From the NCBI GenBank assembly GCA_963727915.1, contig CAVSID010000001.1:999210-1063209 (forward strand): a stretch of 64,000 bases of DNA. Direction: 5' to 3'. The stretch is from an uncultured Chloroflexia bacterium (GTDB taxonomy: Bacteria; Chloroflexota; Anaerolineae; Anaerolineales; E44-bin32). A program made the translations under genes and the position numbers. The notes under the pieces were generated by a model. It was not told the DNA's origin. It saw only the letters and a list, made by a program, of their open reading frames with translations, and searched no databases. The stretch's first letter is position 1; each line of letters starts with the position of its first letter. Of the stretch, positions 40,599 through 51,531 are shown piece by piece.

Positions 40599-42514
40599 AT
40601 GTCGCTTCTCGATGTCCGAAACCTCGCCAAATCCTATGGCGCCCATGACATCTTTCAAGGTGTCTCCCTGAGCATCGCCCACCAGGCCCGAATGGGCCTC
40701 GTGGGCCCGAACGGTGTGGGAAAGACGACTCTTTTGCGGCTGCTGGCCGGCATCGAGCCGCCGGATGCCGGCACGATCAATAGCGCTCGAGGCCTGGAAG
40801 TCGGCTACCTACCTCAGGAGTTCGAGCTCGTCGGTCCGCCGCAAGCACCAGATGGAAAGCTCACTGTGGGATTCCACACTTGATGCCTATGCCGGCCTGC
40901 TGGACGCCGAGAGGCGTCTTTCAAAACTTGAGAGCGCCATGGCGGATCCGCACCAAGCCGAGTCAGCCCTGGCTCGCTATGGCCCGCTCCAGGAGTCGTT
41001 TGAACGGCAAGGCGGATACACATTCAGGGCTGAGGCCAAGAGGGTGCTCTCCGGCCTCGGTTTCAGTCGGGATGAATTTCAGCGCTCCTTGGGTGAGTTG
41101 TCCGGCGGAGAGCGGACGCGTGCCCTGTTGGCCCGCCTTTTGCTTCAAGACCCGGATCTTCTGCTCCTTGACGAGCCAACCAACCATCTGGATCTGGAGG
41201 CCGTCGCCTGGCTGGAAGGTTGGTTGGGCGACTGGCCCGGGGCTGTCCTGGTCGTCTCTCACGACCGCTACTTCCTCGACCATGTCGTCGACCACGTGGT
41301 CGAACTATCTGCCTCGATGGCAGATGTCTACCGTGGGAACTACTCGGCCTACGCTGCCCAGCGTGAACAGCGCCGGACGCACCAGTCGGCCGAGTACGAG
41401 TCCCAGCAGGAATTCGTCGCCCGCGAACAGGCCTACATCAGGAAGAACATCGCCGGCCAAAACACGCGTCAAGCCCAGGGCCGACGCAAACGGCTTGAAA
41501 GATTCCTGAAGGACGAAGCCATCGATCGGCCGCGCGATCTGCGCACGATGCATATGGGGTTCGAGGGTGTGGATCGCTCGGGAGATCTTGTGGTCCGCAC
41601 CAGCAATCTGGTCATCCGGCACCTGGATGGAGATCGACCGTTATTCGAAGTGCCGGACCTCATTCTCCACCGAGGTGAGTGCGCCGCTTTGATCGGTCCC
41701 AACGGAGCCGGCAAGACGACATTCTTCAAGACATTGCTCGGAAACCTGCCTCCCTGGCAAGGGGAAGCCCGGCTGGGGGAAGCGGTCAAGGTGGCGTATT
41801 TCGCTCAGGCGCACGAGGGCCTTGACCTGAATCAAACAGTCCTCCAGTCTTTTCAGCAGGCGTCCGATGGACTTCACGACATGGCAGGCACGCGACCGGC
41901 TGGCGCAGTTCTTGTTCACCGGAGACATGGTAGACAAGGCGGTCAGCAGTCTCTCAGGCGGAGAGCGAGGACGCCTGGTGCTCGCCCGCCTGGCTCAGCA
42001 AGATGCCAACCTGCTGCTTTTGGACGAGCCGACCAACCACCTGGATCTTCCATCGCAGGAGGTGCTCCAAGCCGCTCTGGATGCCTTCCCAGGCACGATT
42101 CTGCTGGTTTCGCACGATCGGTACCTGATTAATGCCTTGGCCAGCCAAGTCTGGGTGGTTTCCCCGCGCGAAAACCGTTTGACGGTCCACCGGGGGGACT
42201 ACCGGAGCTTTCTTGAGAGTCGAAGACTGGCCGAAGCCCAGGCGAGCCAGGTGGCGGCCGATTCGAGGCGCGAAGACAAGAGACCGGCAGGCAAGAACAC
42301 GGCCCAAGCTAAGCCACCACGATTGGAAGAGGTCGAATCGCGTGTGGATGGCTTGGAGGCTGAGTTGTCGGAGCTGGCTCGGGCGATCGAAACCGCCGGC
42401 ACCGACCGTGAGCAGGTTGCTCGGCTGGGAGAAGCTTACGCCCATCTGAAAGAGACTCTGGACGCCGAGCTGGCCGCCTGGGAGCGCTTGGTGCGGTCGG
42501 ATAAGGGTGCGTGA
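40599..42514 (+). CDS. ABC-F family ATP-binding protein (frameshifted)
   Basis: Two ABC domains (GPNGVGKTT/LSGGERTR/LLLDEPTNHLD and GPNGAGKTT/LSGGERGR/LLLDEPTNHLD), no TM, C-terminal coiled coil. Confidence 0.92.
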
Positions 42515-42569
42515 TATAATCCGCCTCGTTTGCTCCCCGACCTGAGGAGGACTGGGCGCACCCAAGCTT

Positions 42570-43970
42570 ATGCGACCTGATCGTTCCCGCCGACGCCTGA
42601 GAAACCTACCCGACCGCCTGATTTGGGGGCTCGGTATTGCGTTCGCGCTGGCCGCGCTGCTGTCCGGCGTACTCGTCTTCTCCACGGTCAGGGGCTTGGC
42701 CGCTGCTTGGTCCGGCACCGGCCTTCCTTCCTTCGGCGGCGTTTCCTCGAACTCCGGGCCCACACTCGAGCCGGGCGTAACGCCAACTGTGGCGCCGTTG
42801 GATGAGGCGCCCGCGGCTTGGGATGGCTCCGAGCGGATCACGATCCTGCTGATGGGGCTGGACTATCGGGACTGGCTTACCGGGGACGGCCCGCCCCGCA
42901 CCGACTCGATGATGCTGGTTACGATCGACCCGGTCACCCGAACCGCAGGAATGATGTCCATCCCCCGCGATCTGTGGGTTGAGATCCCCGGGTTCGAGCA
43001 CAATCGCATTAACACAGCCTATTTCTTGGGCGAAACTTACAAGCTGCCGGGCGGCGGCCCTGCGCTGGCGATGAAGACGGTTGAGAACTTCATCGGCGTG
43101 CCAATTCAGTACTATGCCGTGATCGACTTCCACGCTTTCGAGCAGATGATCGATGAGATCGGCGGCATCGATGTCTACATCTCGGAAACGATCAAGATCT
43201 CGCCTATCGGCAAAGAGAGCCATCTGCTGTTTGGCGGGAAAGGCACTCACCTCAATGGGCCCGACGCGCTGGCCTATGCCCGCGTGCGAAAATCCGAAGG
43301 CGGCGACTTCGATCGCGCCCAGCGTCAGCAACAGGTGGCGCTTGCCATTCGGGACCGGGTGTTGGGGTTCAACATGATCCCCACGCTGGTGACCAAAGCC
43401 CCAAAGCTGTACCAGGAGCTCTCGGATGGCATCCACACCAACCTCACCTTCGACCAAATGTTGAGGTTGGGGCTTTTGGCGCTGGATATTCCGACAGACA
43501 ATATCAAGAAGGGCATCATCAGCCCGCCGGACATGGTTCAGTTTGAGACCCTTCCCGATGGTGCGCAGGTGCTGCGGCCGATCCCCGACCAAATTCGCGT
43601 GCTCCGGGATGACCTCTTCACAACCACCGGCGCGATCGGACCCTCAATCCCCACGGATGATCCGGTGGCGGCCGCCAAGGCTGAGAACGCCAGAGTATCA
43701 GTCTTGAACGGGGCCGGGGTCGAGGGGCTGGCCGGGTTGACGGCTGATTACCTGACAGCTCAAGGTCTGAACGTGGCTAATGTCGGCAACGCCGACCGGC
43801 TCGATTACGCCAAGTCCATCATTATCGACTACACCGGCAAGCCTTATACCGCAAGGTACCTGATGAACCTGATGGGTTTGTCGGAGAGCCAGATTCTGAG
43901 CCAATCCAATCCCGACAGTAACGTTGATTTGGCGGTGATCTTGGGGGCCGACTGGCAAGTTCCCCGCTGA
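42570..43970 (+). CDS. LCP (LytR-CpsA-Psr) family protein with LytR C-terminal domain
   Basis: ILLMGLD, RTDSMML, SIPRDLWV, YARVR...DFDRAQRQQQV, VLNGAGVEGLA...VILGAD. Confidence 0.93.
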   Translation: MRPDRSRRRLRNLPDRLIWGLGIAFALAALLSGVLVFSTVRGLAAAWSGTGLPSFGGVSSNSGPTLEPGVTPTVAPLDEAPAAWDGSERITILLMGLDYRDWLTGDGPPRTDSMMLVTIDPVTRTAGMMSIPRDLWVEIPGFEHNRINTAYFLGETYKLPGGGPALAMKTVENFIGVPIQYYAVIDFHAFEQMIDEIGGIDVYISETIKISPIGKESHLLFGGKGTHLNGPDALAYARVRKSEGGDFDRAQRQQQVALAIRDRVLGFNMIPTLVTKAPKLYQELSDGIHTNLTFDQMLRLGLLALDIPTDNIKKGIISPPDMVQFETLPDGAQVLRPIPDQIRVLRDDLFTTTGAIGPSIPTDDPVAAAKAENARVSVLNGAGVEGLAGLTADYLTAQGLNVANVGNADRLDYAKSIIIDYTGKPYTARYLMNLMGLSESQILSQSNPDSNVDLAVILGADWQVPR

Positions 43971-43995
43971 CAACCGACATGGCAAGCCAATACGC

Positions 43996-44022
43996 AAAAG
44001 GCGGCCCCAGCCGCCTTTTTTT
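43996..44022. terminator. Bidirectional intrinsic terminator
   Basis: aaaaggcggc-ccca-gccgccttttttt between convergent genes. Confidence 0.85.
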
Positions 44023-44047
44023 GTCCCTATGGGCCGGCCGGGTGCGT

Positions 44048-44560
44048 CTAGAGCGGGAGCAGGACCAGGACAAGCAGCCCGGCCACCAAGCCGAATATTG
44101 CCCCGGCGATGACGTCCACAAGAAAGTGAACGCCCATGGACACTCTCGCTAGCACAACCAGCGGCGCCCAGACGAGCAGGAGAACAGCCAGCCACGGGGG
44201 TCCCCACGCCGCACTCATCGTCGCCAGGAGGACGGCGCGGGCCGCATGGCCGGATGGAAAGGAATGGGGATCAGTGATGCGGTAGATGGTGCCCCAACTG
44301 CCCTCGGGTCGCTGCCGCCGGAAGACGAGCTTGAGCCCCAGGACGATGGCGGCCGTAGCGACGATCGCAACGGCGAAGCGCAGGGCGATCGGTTGCCAGG
44401 CCGATGACCCGGCGAAATAGACGACCGCCAAGCCGATCAGCCAGAACCAGGAGTTGCCGGAATGAGCCAGGAAGGCCGCAGCTGAGCGGAGCGGGCCCGG
44501 CCTTTCTGCAATCGATAACCGCTGGGTCCAACGATGATCCCAGGCGAGGAAGCGCGACAT
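44048..44560 (-). CDS. PAP2 family phosphatase
   Basis: KLVFRRQRP, SFPSGHA, ARVSMGVHFLVDV. Confidence 0.9.
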   Translation of the reverse strand: MSRFLAWDHRWTQRLSIAERPGPLRSAAAFLAHSGNSWFWLIGLAVVYFAGSSAWQPIALRFAVAIVATAAIVLGLKLVFRRQRPEGSWGTIYRITDPHSFPSGHAARAVLLATMSAAWGPPWLAVLLLVWAPLVVLARVSMGVHFLVDVIAGAIFGLVAGLLVLVLLPL

Positions 44561-45346
44561 CATTGCCCGGGGGACTCTTGCCGGGCCTCGAGCGCCGCCC
44601 TGATGATCTCAAATTGATGGGGTTTGTCCACGTCCATGGCGAGCTCGGCGTACGGGGAAAGGTGAGCGTGGCCGTCGAGTTTGAGCCGCTGGCAGATCCG
44701 ACGCTCGGCGGCATGCAGGGTAAGCCGGCGAAGAAGAAGCAGGATCAAGGTGTCGTAGCCGACCATTGCCGCCTGGCGCATGGGGGATTTGCGCGCCTCG
44801 ACCAGCCGGTCCCAAAAAGCCTCACGTACCACCAGGGACACGCTCACTACATTCATGTCTCCGCCGCAGACTTCGACATCCTTGAACTTGACGTAGGAGC
44901 GGTTGGAGGCCGGGAACCGTGCTTCCATGACCTTTCGTTCAACGGCGATGTAGTCCAGATCGCCGGGCGATTGAAGTGCCAGCTCCGTGCGCCAATCGAC
45001 CATCTCGGCCGTCACGGCCGGGATGTCGGCGGCGGTGTAGAGGGCCAGCTGCTGCGAGGCGTCGATCTGGCGAACGTGCTCCAAGCCGGCCATCATGTTG
45101 TGAAGCAGGTCGCCCTGGTCGGGCACGAAGTCCAGTCCCTTGCGGGACGTCAGGCCAAAGAGAATCATCCAACCCGACGACAACGATATGCTCAATGCTG
45201 TGCGCTCCGTCTAGGGCGTCGATCACCCACTGAACCATCGGCTTGCCTGCAATCGAGAGCATCGCCTTAGGTTTCCCCTGGCACACGTCGTACAGCGGCT
45301 CATCAGGACCGGGGACGCCCCCGGCGGCGACAAAGGCGTTCATCAT
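44560..45346 (-). CDS. Nucleotidyltransferase (NTP_transf_3-like) family protein, frameshifted
   Basis: AFVAAGG...PKAMLSIAGKPMVQWVIDAL, TADIP, ELAMDVDKPHQ. Confidence 0.8.
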
Positions 45347-45363
45347 ATCCTCGCAGTGCCAAC

Positions 45364-45819
45364 CTAGGACGGGCGATCGTGCCCGTCGGCGATGAGGCCA
45401 CGGCGCTTGAGCCAGCTCGGACTGGGGGAGCAGGCCAGAGCGGCCATATCGAGCGTGTCTCCCCGTCCGAAGACGACGCCCTCCTCTTCGAGCAAGATCT
45501 TCTGCACCGGCGGGCCGTGCCCGGGCCTGGGGCTGACCTGACCCTTGGCGTTCACGACCCGCTGCCAGGGCACGTCATCGGGGCAGGCCGCCATGGCGTA
45601 CCCCACCCAGCGGGCCCGGACTCGCCGATAGGCCAGGGGATCGAGGTTGAGCGGCGCAGGTATCAGGGCGGCGATCGATCCGTAGGTCATGACACGGCCC
45701 GGGGGAATCGCACGCACAATGTCGAATACCAGCTGGTTGAAGGCCTGCCTGTCGGCAGGCGCCTTGACGGTTCCTGCGGTGTTTGTCGGGCGAGCACGCG
45801 ACGAAGCCGGCGGGATCAT
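45364..45819 (-). CDS. Alkyltransferase-like protein (MGMT/ATL family)
   Basis: IPPGRVMTYGSIA...ARWVGYAM...VPWQRVVNAKG. Trp replaces the catalytic Cys. Confidence 0.88.
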   Translation of the reverse strand: MIPPASSRARPTNTAGTVKAPADRQAFNQLVFDIVRAIPPGRVMTYGSIAALIPAPLNLDPLAYRRVRARWVGYAMAACPDDVPWQRVVNAKGQVSPRPGHGPPVQKILLEEEGVVFGRGDTLDMAALACSPSPSWLKRRGLIADGHDRPS

Positions 45820-46718
45820 GGGTTGAGCGGGTGGACCTGCGGCTCCAGATTCAATTTGTGAAGCATTTCACGAAGTTCGTCTCGGGTAAGGGGACGGCCT
45901 TTGCCGGCAACGGCTACCAGAGCCGCCTCCATCATATTCGTCCCGAATGAGCGCCCCTCGAGCACGGGGGTGGTGGTGACCAAATAGCTGACGCCGGCGG
46001 CCTTGAACAGGGCCACATCCTCCGTCGTGGTGGTGTTGGTGACGATGATCTTGCCCGACAGGTCGTCCGGCATGTAGCGTTTGACGTAGTGACAATCCCC
46101 GGCGATGACCGTCGCCCACTGGTAGTACTTGGTCCACTTTGGGGTGCGGACCTCTTGCTTCTCGCCTGTCGGGTAGACCCAGCTGAAGGGGAGGCGGCCG
46201 GCGATCGGCATCAGGACCCGGGCCAAAGAAGTCAGGCTGCGTCGGGAACGCAGGGCGATGGGGATGCCCAGGCCGAACATCAGATCGCCGAAGACGCAGT
46301 CATAGCCGGCGTCGAGAAAGGATACCGTCATGCCCCACCGGTCGGCGCCGACGGTCACCATGACGCGCTTGGGGTGCGGCGGCTGTGGTAGCTTCTCCTC
46401 CAGCACGCGCGCCACATCGGCCTCCAGAGTGTTCTTAAGCCCCGTCCCGTCGACGACCGGGGTGATCTTGATCTTGCGCACCATGGGTTTGACAGAGTAC
46501 AGAGGGTACCATCTCCCGTCGACCTCCAGGCCAAGGTCGGCCCCGCCGACGCCGAAGGCATCGACCTTGCCGTCCAGCTCAGCATAGCGGTCGGCGGCCG
46601 CTTCCATGTCCCCGTCGGTGCCGATGCGCTCGATCTGGACCCTCTCGCCGAGCAGCTCTACCTCGACCGCCTTGTCGCGTGTCGAGGACCCGATGCTAAT
46701 GCTTACCGCTCGCTTCAT
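45816..46718 (-). CDS. Conserved hypothetical protein (family commonly labelled 'quinate 5-dehydrogenase')
   Basis: MKRAVSISIGSSTRD...IERIGTDGD...DGKVDAFGVGG...PVVDGTGLKNTLE...GRSFGTNMMEA. Function unverified. Confidence 0.7.
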   Translation of the reverse strand: MKRAVSISIGSSTRDKAVEVELLGERVQIERIGTDGDMEAAADRYAELDGKVDAFGVGGADLGLEVDGRWYPLYSVKPMVRKIKITPVVDGTGLKNTLEADVARVLEEKLPQPPHPKRVMVTVGADRWGMTVSFLDAGYDCVFGDLMFGLGIPIALRSRRSLTSLARVLMPIAGRLPFSWVYPTGEKQEVRTPKWTKYYQWATVIAGDCHYVKRYMPDDLSGKIIVTNTTTTEDVALFKAAGVSYLVTTTPVLEGRSFGTNMMEAALVAVAGKGRPLTRDELREMLHKLNLEPQVHPLNP

Positions 46719-46817
46719 GATGGCTCCTGTGAATGTGGATGTCCTACTCTACACCTATGCCACAGGAGCGTCAACGCGGCGCCAAGCCGGGCGGCCCGGG
46801 GAGGTGATTCGCCTTGA

Positions 46818-47651
46818 TCAGGTCCCCCAGTCCCTCGGGTAGAGAAAGTCGTAGCCAACCGTTCGGCCGCTGATCTTGGCGATGGGGGGCATGACACGCT
46901 TGAAGTGATTAAGGCGTACGCGATCCAGGGTTTTCTGCACGAAGGTGGCGTCGAACCCGGCGTCGGTGGCGGCGTCGGGTGTGACGCGCTCATCGACCAA
47001 AAGGTGAAGAAGCCGGTCGACTCTCTCGTAGGTGGTGCCCAACTCGCCCTCGTCGGTTTGCCCCGGCCACAGGTCTGCCGAAGGGGGTTTATCGATGATG
47101 ACCTCGGGTACCCCCAGGGCGCGCGCCAGTTGGCGGATTTGGGTCTTGTACAAGTCCCCGTTGGGGTTAACAGCGCAGGCCGAGTCGCCGTACAGGGTTG
47201 TGTATCCCAAAAGGATCTCGGTCTTGTTGCCCGTGCCGATGACCAACCCATCGAAGGCGGCGGATTGATCGAATAGGATGGCCATGCGAATGCGGGCCAT
47301 CATGTTGCCCCGCCGCACCTTGGACATGTTCGGGAAGCGGTCGAAGAGGGGATTCACCATGTCCGTAATAGGTACGTCCAGAGAATGGACCTTGAGCAGA
47401 TCGATGACCAATCCGGCGTGGTCCATAGATTCTGGGGACGAGCTGGCGTAGGGCATGCGCAGAGCGAGCACATTCTCGGGACCGAGGGCTTCGGCGGCGA
47501 GGAAGCACGCCAACGATGAATCGATGCCCCCCGAAAGGCCCACCACGCCGCGCGTGAAGCCGTGGCGCCCGAGTTCGTCTCGGATGAAGGCGACAAGCAC
47601 CTTGCGCGCCAGGTCGGTGTTGATGCGGAGCGGTGAATCGTCAGCTGTCAT
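46818..47651 (-). CDS. nadE: NAD+ synthetase, synthetase domain only
   Basis: GLSGGIDSS, GNMMARIRM, GTGNKTE...GYTTLYGD, KPPSADLWPGQTDE. Confidence 0.95.
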   Translation of the reverse strand: MTADDSPLRINTDLARKVLVAFIRDELGRHGFTRGVVGLSGGIDSSLACFLAAEALGPENVLALRMPYASSSPESMDHAGLVIDLLKVHSLDVPITDMVNPLFDRFPNMSKVRRGNMMARIRMAILFDQSAAFDGLVIGTGNKTEILLGYTTLYGDSACAVNPNGDLYKTQIRQLARALGVPEVIIDKPPSADLWPGQTDEGELGTTYERVDRLLHLLVDERVTPDAATDAGFDATFVQKTLDRVRLNHFKRVMPPIAKISGRTVGYDFLYPRDWGT

Positions 47652-47681
47652 GGCTGTGGTCTCCTGATGGCAGGTACATCT

Positions 47682-48563
47682 TCACCGAGGCTGACCCGAC
47701 AGGTTCCGCCCGGGCACCCGCAGGATCTGGCCGAGTTGTCGTTCCACCCAGGCCGGCCGCTCGTCCCTGAGGAGGGGCAGGCGGATGCGTGTCCGCCGCA
47801 CCTGGTCCGGGTCGATCTCGGCCAAGGTGAGCCCCTCTTGGAATTCCGGGCCGCTGGCGAGCAAAGCGCCCGAGGGTCCGAAAGCGGTGGCGCGACCGCC
47901 GAAGATTAATCCGTCCTCGAACCCGACCCGGACAGCATGACCGATGTGGACCGTGAACAGGCTGGCGTAAGCCTGGTTGACGCGTTCAACCCACGTCACC
48001 GACTCCAGTTGTCCGTCGCCGCTCAAGCCGCGAACGGGAGAGGCAGACAAGAATAGCATCAGATCGGCCCCGTCCAACCAGAGCAAATAGGGCGACGACG
48101 CGTGCCAGAACTCCTCACAGATCAGAAGGCCGACGCGGCCAAAGTGCGTGTCGAAAGCTCTCATCGTTTCGCCGGGCGAGAAGAAGCGCCCCTCGTCGAA
48201 CAAACCGTAAGTTGGCAGGTAGACCTTGCGATGGACGTGGACCAGCTTGCCCGCCGAGAGGTAGGCGGCGGCGATGTAGTACCTGAAACGGTCGTCGACG
48301 TCCACAAAACTCACCACCAGGTCGAGATCGCGGCTGGCCTTGATCAGGGGTCCAAAAACCGGGTCGTTGGGGGTGGGAGAGCAGGCGACGGAGGGAACCT
48401 GGTCCTGCAGCATGTAGCCGGTCAGCGAGAGCTCGGGAAAGGCCAGCAGATCGACCCCCTGTTTGCGGGCGGTGTCGATCAGATCGAGGTGCTTAGACAG
48501 GTTGTGCTGAATGCCACCCAATTGGGTGTCCATCTGTACGAGGCCGAGTGTGAACGGCGGCAT
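47682..48563 (-). CDS. Carbon-nitrogen hydrolase (nitrilase fold), probable glutaminase partner of NadE
   Basis: FPELSLTGY, HRKVYLPTYGLFDEGRFF, ICEEFWH. Immediately upstream of nadE. Confidence 0.85.
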   Translation of the reverse strand: MPPFTLGLVQMDTQLGGIQHNLSKHLDLIDTARKQGVDLLAFPELSLTGYMLQDQVPSVACSPTPNDPVFGPLIKASRDLDLVVSFVDVDDRFRYYIAAAYLSAGKLVHVHRKVYLPTYGLFDEGRFFSPGETMRAFDTHFGRVGLLICEEFWHASSPYLLWLDGADLMLFLSASPVRGLSGDGQLESVTWVERVNQAYASLFTVHIGHAVRVGFEDGLIFGGRATAFGPSGALLASGPEFQEGLTLAEIDPDQVRRTRIRLPLLRDERPAWVERQLGQILRVPGRNLSGQPR

Positions 48564-48575
48564 ACCTGCTCCTAA

Positions 48576-49328
48576 CTACCCTTGACGGCTTCGGATGGCC
48601 AGGCCGGCCAACGCCGATGCCAGGATGACAGCGCTCTCCACCATATCCAATCGCTGCCCTGCGATGAGTGCCACGGGGTCGGCGCGCGTGGCGCTCAACA
48701 CAAGGCTGATCAGGGCGATCCCTGCCAGGGCGGCGCAAGCAAGGCGGCCGGGCCGGCTCTGCATCCACGGAAGGCTGGCTGAACGGTAAAGCCCAACAAA
48801 TAGCAGAATGCTGGCCAGCGCGCCGACGGTCTGCGTTGGCCAGCGTGGCGCCAGCATGCCAAGCCAGTTGGGAGACATCGTCGTCCACCAGCTGGAGGCG
48901 GTGTGAAATCCGTAGGCGCAGCCATCAATCTGGCAGCCCAGCCAAATAGTGAACGACATGGCGGCGGCGGGCAGGGCAAGCAGATCGACGACGCGCCAGA
49001 AATTCGCCCCCATCAGGGCAGACGCGATCACGACGGCAACGATGCCCCCCAGCACCGCTCCAGCCCAACCAAGCCCGCCCAGCCACAACGCTGGAATTTC
49101 CAGGGGGTGGGACGCGAAGTACGACGCATGCGCAGCGCAGAACTCGAGTCTTGCACCCAGGAGGCCGCCAAGGAGCGCCACCACGCCCAGGTCGATGCGC
49201 TGGCTGGGGGAGGTGGTTCTGAGAGTGGTCGAATCCAACAAGCTCGCCTGGGACGGCTCGATCACCCCCAGCCAAACCAATCCAGCCAGTCCGGCGAAGC
49301 CAAACAAGATGGGGAAGGCCTCAAGCAT
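48576..49328 (-). CDS. Prolipoprotein diacylglyceryl transferase (Lgt)-like membrane protein
   Basis: GGLLGARL, WLGGLGWAG, LGCQIDGCAYG, RWPTQ. Divergent from canonical Lgt (the R of RxGxF and the H of HPxQ are replaced). Confidence 0.7.
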   Translation of the reverse strand: MLEAFPILFGFAGLAGLVWLGVIEPSQASLLDSTTLRTTSPSQRIDLGVVALLGGLLGARLEFCAAHASYFASHPLEIPALWLGGLGWAGAVLGGIVAVVIASALMGANFWRVVDLLALPAAAMSFTIWLGCQIDGCAYGFHTASSWWTTMSPNWLGMLAPRWPTQTVGALASILLFVGLYRSASLPWMQSRPGRLACAALAGIALISLVLSATRADPVALIAGQRLDMVESAVILASALAGLAIRSRQG

Positions 49329-49541
49329 ATCCGGCTCCCGATTCAGGGAAAATCATACCATCCACCACCGCCCCGTTCTTCAGGACCGCTCCCCTGCCGA
49401 ACCTGCCGATTGTATAATCTCCCCCGGCTGACCGCACTCGTTGGCCAGACCAATTGTCCGCCATTTGTCTGCTGGCTGACATGCAGCTACTCTCGCCCGG
49501 CGCGAGGCTGAGAACATGCTCACCAAGCGGAGGCGGTAGAC

Positions 49542-50137
49542 ATGGATGCGTCACTGCTGGCCAATTTGATCTTCCTCGCCATGACCGCCACGGTTTGGCT
49601 GACCGTGATGGCATTGGTCACCCCCGGCACCGGGGTGCTCGAACTCCTGGCCCTGATGGCCTTTGCGGCCTCGATATTCGGGATCATGATGCTGCCCATC
49701 AACTTGTGGGCGCTCCCCCTGATTCTGGCCGGGACGGTGTTCTTCGGAATGTCAATCTGGCGCTGGCAGCGGGGGCTGTGGTTAGCGCTTTCGGCTGTCG
49801 CCTTCAGCGTGGGGTCGATGTTCCTGTTTCGCGTCTCCGATCGAGTTCTTGCGGTAGATCCGCTGTTGGGGATCGGGACCAGCCTGCTTACCCTGACCTT
49901 CTTCTGGCTCGTCGTTCGCAAGAGTCTGCTCGCTTTTCGGCTCCCTCATCCGACAGCCTGTTGGCAGTGATGGGGAAAGTGGGCGAAGTGCGGACAGCGC
50001 TGGACCCCGTCGGATCGGTGTTCGTCAACGGTGAGCTGTGGTCCGCGCGGGCCGAGACAGTGTTGGCGCCCGGTGCCAGGATCATCGTTACTGGCCGTGA
50101 AGGCCTCACTCTGTTTGTGGAGCCCGCGCCTAATTAG
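49542..50137 (+). CDS. NfeD family membrane protein (frameshifted)
   Basis: TM N-terminus (TPGTGVLE) and OB-fold C-terminus GKVGEVRTALDPVGSVFVNGELWSAR...GREGLTLFV. Upstream of an SPFH gene. Confidence 0.85.
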
Positions 50138-50158
50138 GGACGTCAACGAGGAGGAATC

Positions 50159-51052
50159 ATGGAATACGCACTTGTGTTATGTGTGGTCGCCGCATTCGCC
50201 GTGCTCGGCGTGGCAGCCTTCTTCAACGCCATCCGGGTCACGCAAGAGTATGAACGCCTGGTAGTGTTCCGTCTTGGCCGCTGCATCGGGCAGAAGGGCC
50301 CCGGACTGGTGATCCTGATCCCGTTCATCGATCGGGGAGCCAAGGTCGATCTGCGTGAGCAGGTGCGTGAGATCCCGCATCAGACCTCGATCACGTTGGA
50401 CAACGCACCGATCGCCATCGATTTCATCTGGTACTACAAGATCATCGATGCCACCGAGAGCGTCTTGCAGGTTGGCAATTTCGAGGCCGCATCTCAGGGG
50501 ATGGCGACCACCACGCTGCGGTCGGTGATCGGCGGCATCCCCTTGGACGATGTGCTGTCCCAGCGGGACCGTATCAACCAGCTGCTCCGAACAAAGCTGG
50601 ACGAGGTTACCGAGCGCTGGGGCGTGAAAGTCACCAACGTCGAGATCCGCGAGATCATACCGCCCAAGGAAGTCCAGGAGGCGATGAACCGGCAGATGAC
50701 GGCGGAGCGCGTTCGGCGCGCGCGTGGTCACCGAATTCTACCGGCCAGCGGGATGCTGAGGTCAACGTCGCCGAAGGGCGAGAAGCAGGCGGCCATCCTG
50801 CGGGCGGAGGGCAACAAACAATCATCCATCCTACAGGCAGAGGGTGAACGTCAGGCCCAGTTGCTGCGCGCCGAGGGGTTTGCCTCTGCCCTGGAAAAGA
50901 TCTTCTCCGTGGCGAACACCATCGACCAGAAGACGATGACCCTGCAGTACTTCGAAACATTGAAGTCGATGGGCGCCAGCCCGGCGACCAAGTTCATCTT
51001 CCCGATGGAATTCACCAGTATGCTGGAGAACTTCATCAAGCCCGGGTCGTAA
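50159..51052 (+). CDS. SPFH/stomatin-like protein
   Basis: EYERLVVFRLG...GPGL...PFID, TTLRSVIG, WGVKVTNVEI, AEG repeats. Confidence 0.93.
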   Translation: MEYALVLCVVAAFAVLGVAAFFNAIRVTQEYERLVVFRLGRCIGQKGPGLVILIPFIDRGAKVDLREQVREIPHQTSITLDNAPIAIDFIWYYKIIDATESVLQVGNFEAASQGMATTTLRSVIGGIPLDDVLSQRDRINQLLRTKLDEVTERWGVKVTNVEIREIIPPKEVQEAMNRQMTAERVRRARGHRILPASGMLRSTSPKGEKQAAILRAEGNKQSSILQAEGERQAQLLRAEGFASALEKIFSVANTIDQKTMTLQYFETLKSMGASPATKFIFPMEFTSMLENFIKPGS

Positions 51053-51523
51053 ATGGACGATCTGGACGCCGTCGATGACGCCCGGCAGGCTCGAATTGAG
51101 GCGACCGGGATATCGGACTTCCGGTCGCTCAACAGGCTGGTCAAGGCTTGCTTCGGGCGCGATGCCTGGACTTGGTTGGATGTGGTCGAAGCCCTAACCT
51201 TTCCGGGCACCATCCGGCTGAAGGCGGTCGTCGGCGATGAGATCGTGGGCTTCGTGATCGGCGATCGTCGTTCTTCGAAGTTGGGGTGGATTGCCTCGAT
51301 CGGGGTCCACCCCAAGGCGCGCCGGCGAGGCATCGGCCGCAGGCTGTTGCTGGCCGCCGAACGCGCCCTGGATACGCAGCGTGTTCGCCTTACGCTGCGT
51401 ACCTCCAACCAGGCCGCCTTTCGCCTTTATGCCCAGTTGGGCTATGAAAAGGTGGACGTTTGGCAGCAGTACTACCGGGATGGTGAGGACGGATGGGTAA
51501 TGGAGCGTGTGGTTCGCCCGTGA
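51053..51523 (+). CDS. GNAT acetyltransferase (RimI-like)
   Basis: IGVHPKARRRGIGRRLL, SNQAAFRLY...GY...YYRDGEDG. Confidence 0.85.
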   Translation: MDDLDAVDDARQARIEATGISDFRSLNRLVKACFGRDAWTWLDVVEALTFPGTIRLKAVVGDEIVGFVIGDRRSSKLGWIASIGVHPKARRRGIGRRLLLAAERALDTQRVRLTLRTSNQAAFRLYAQLGYEKVDVWQQYYRDGEDGWVMERVVRP

Positions 51524-51531
51524 CCAAGCCT

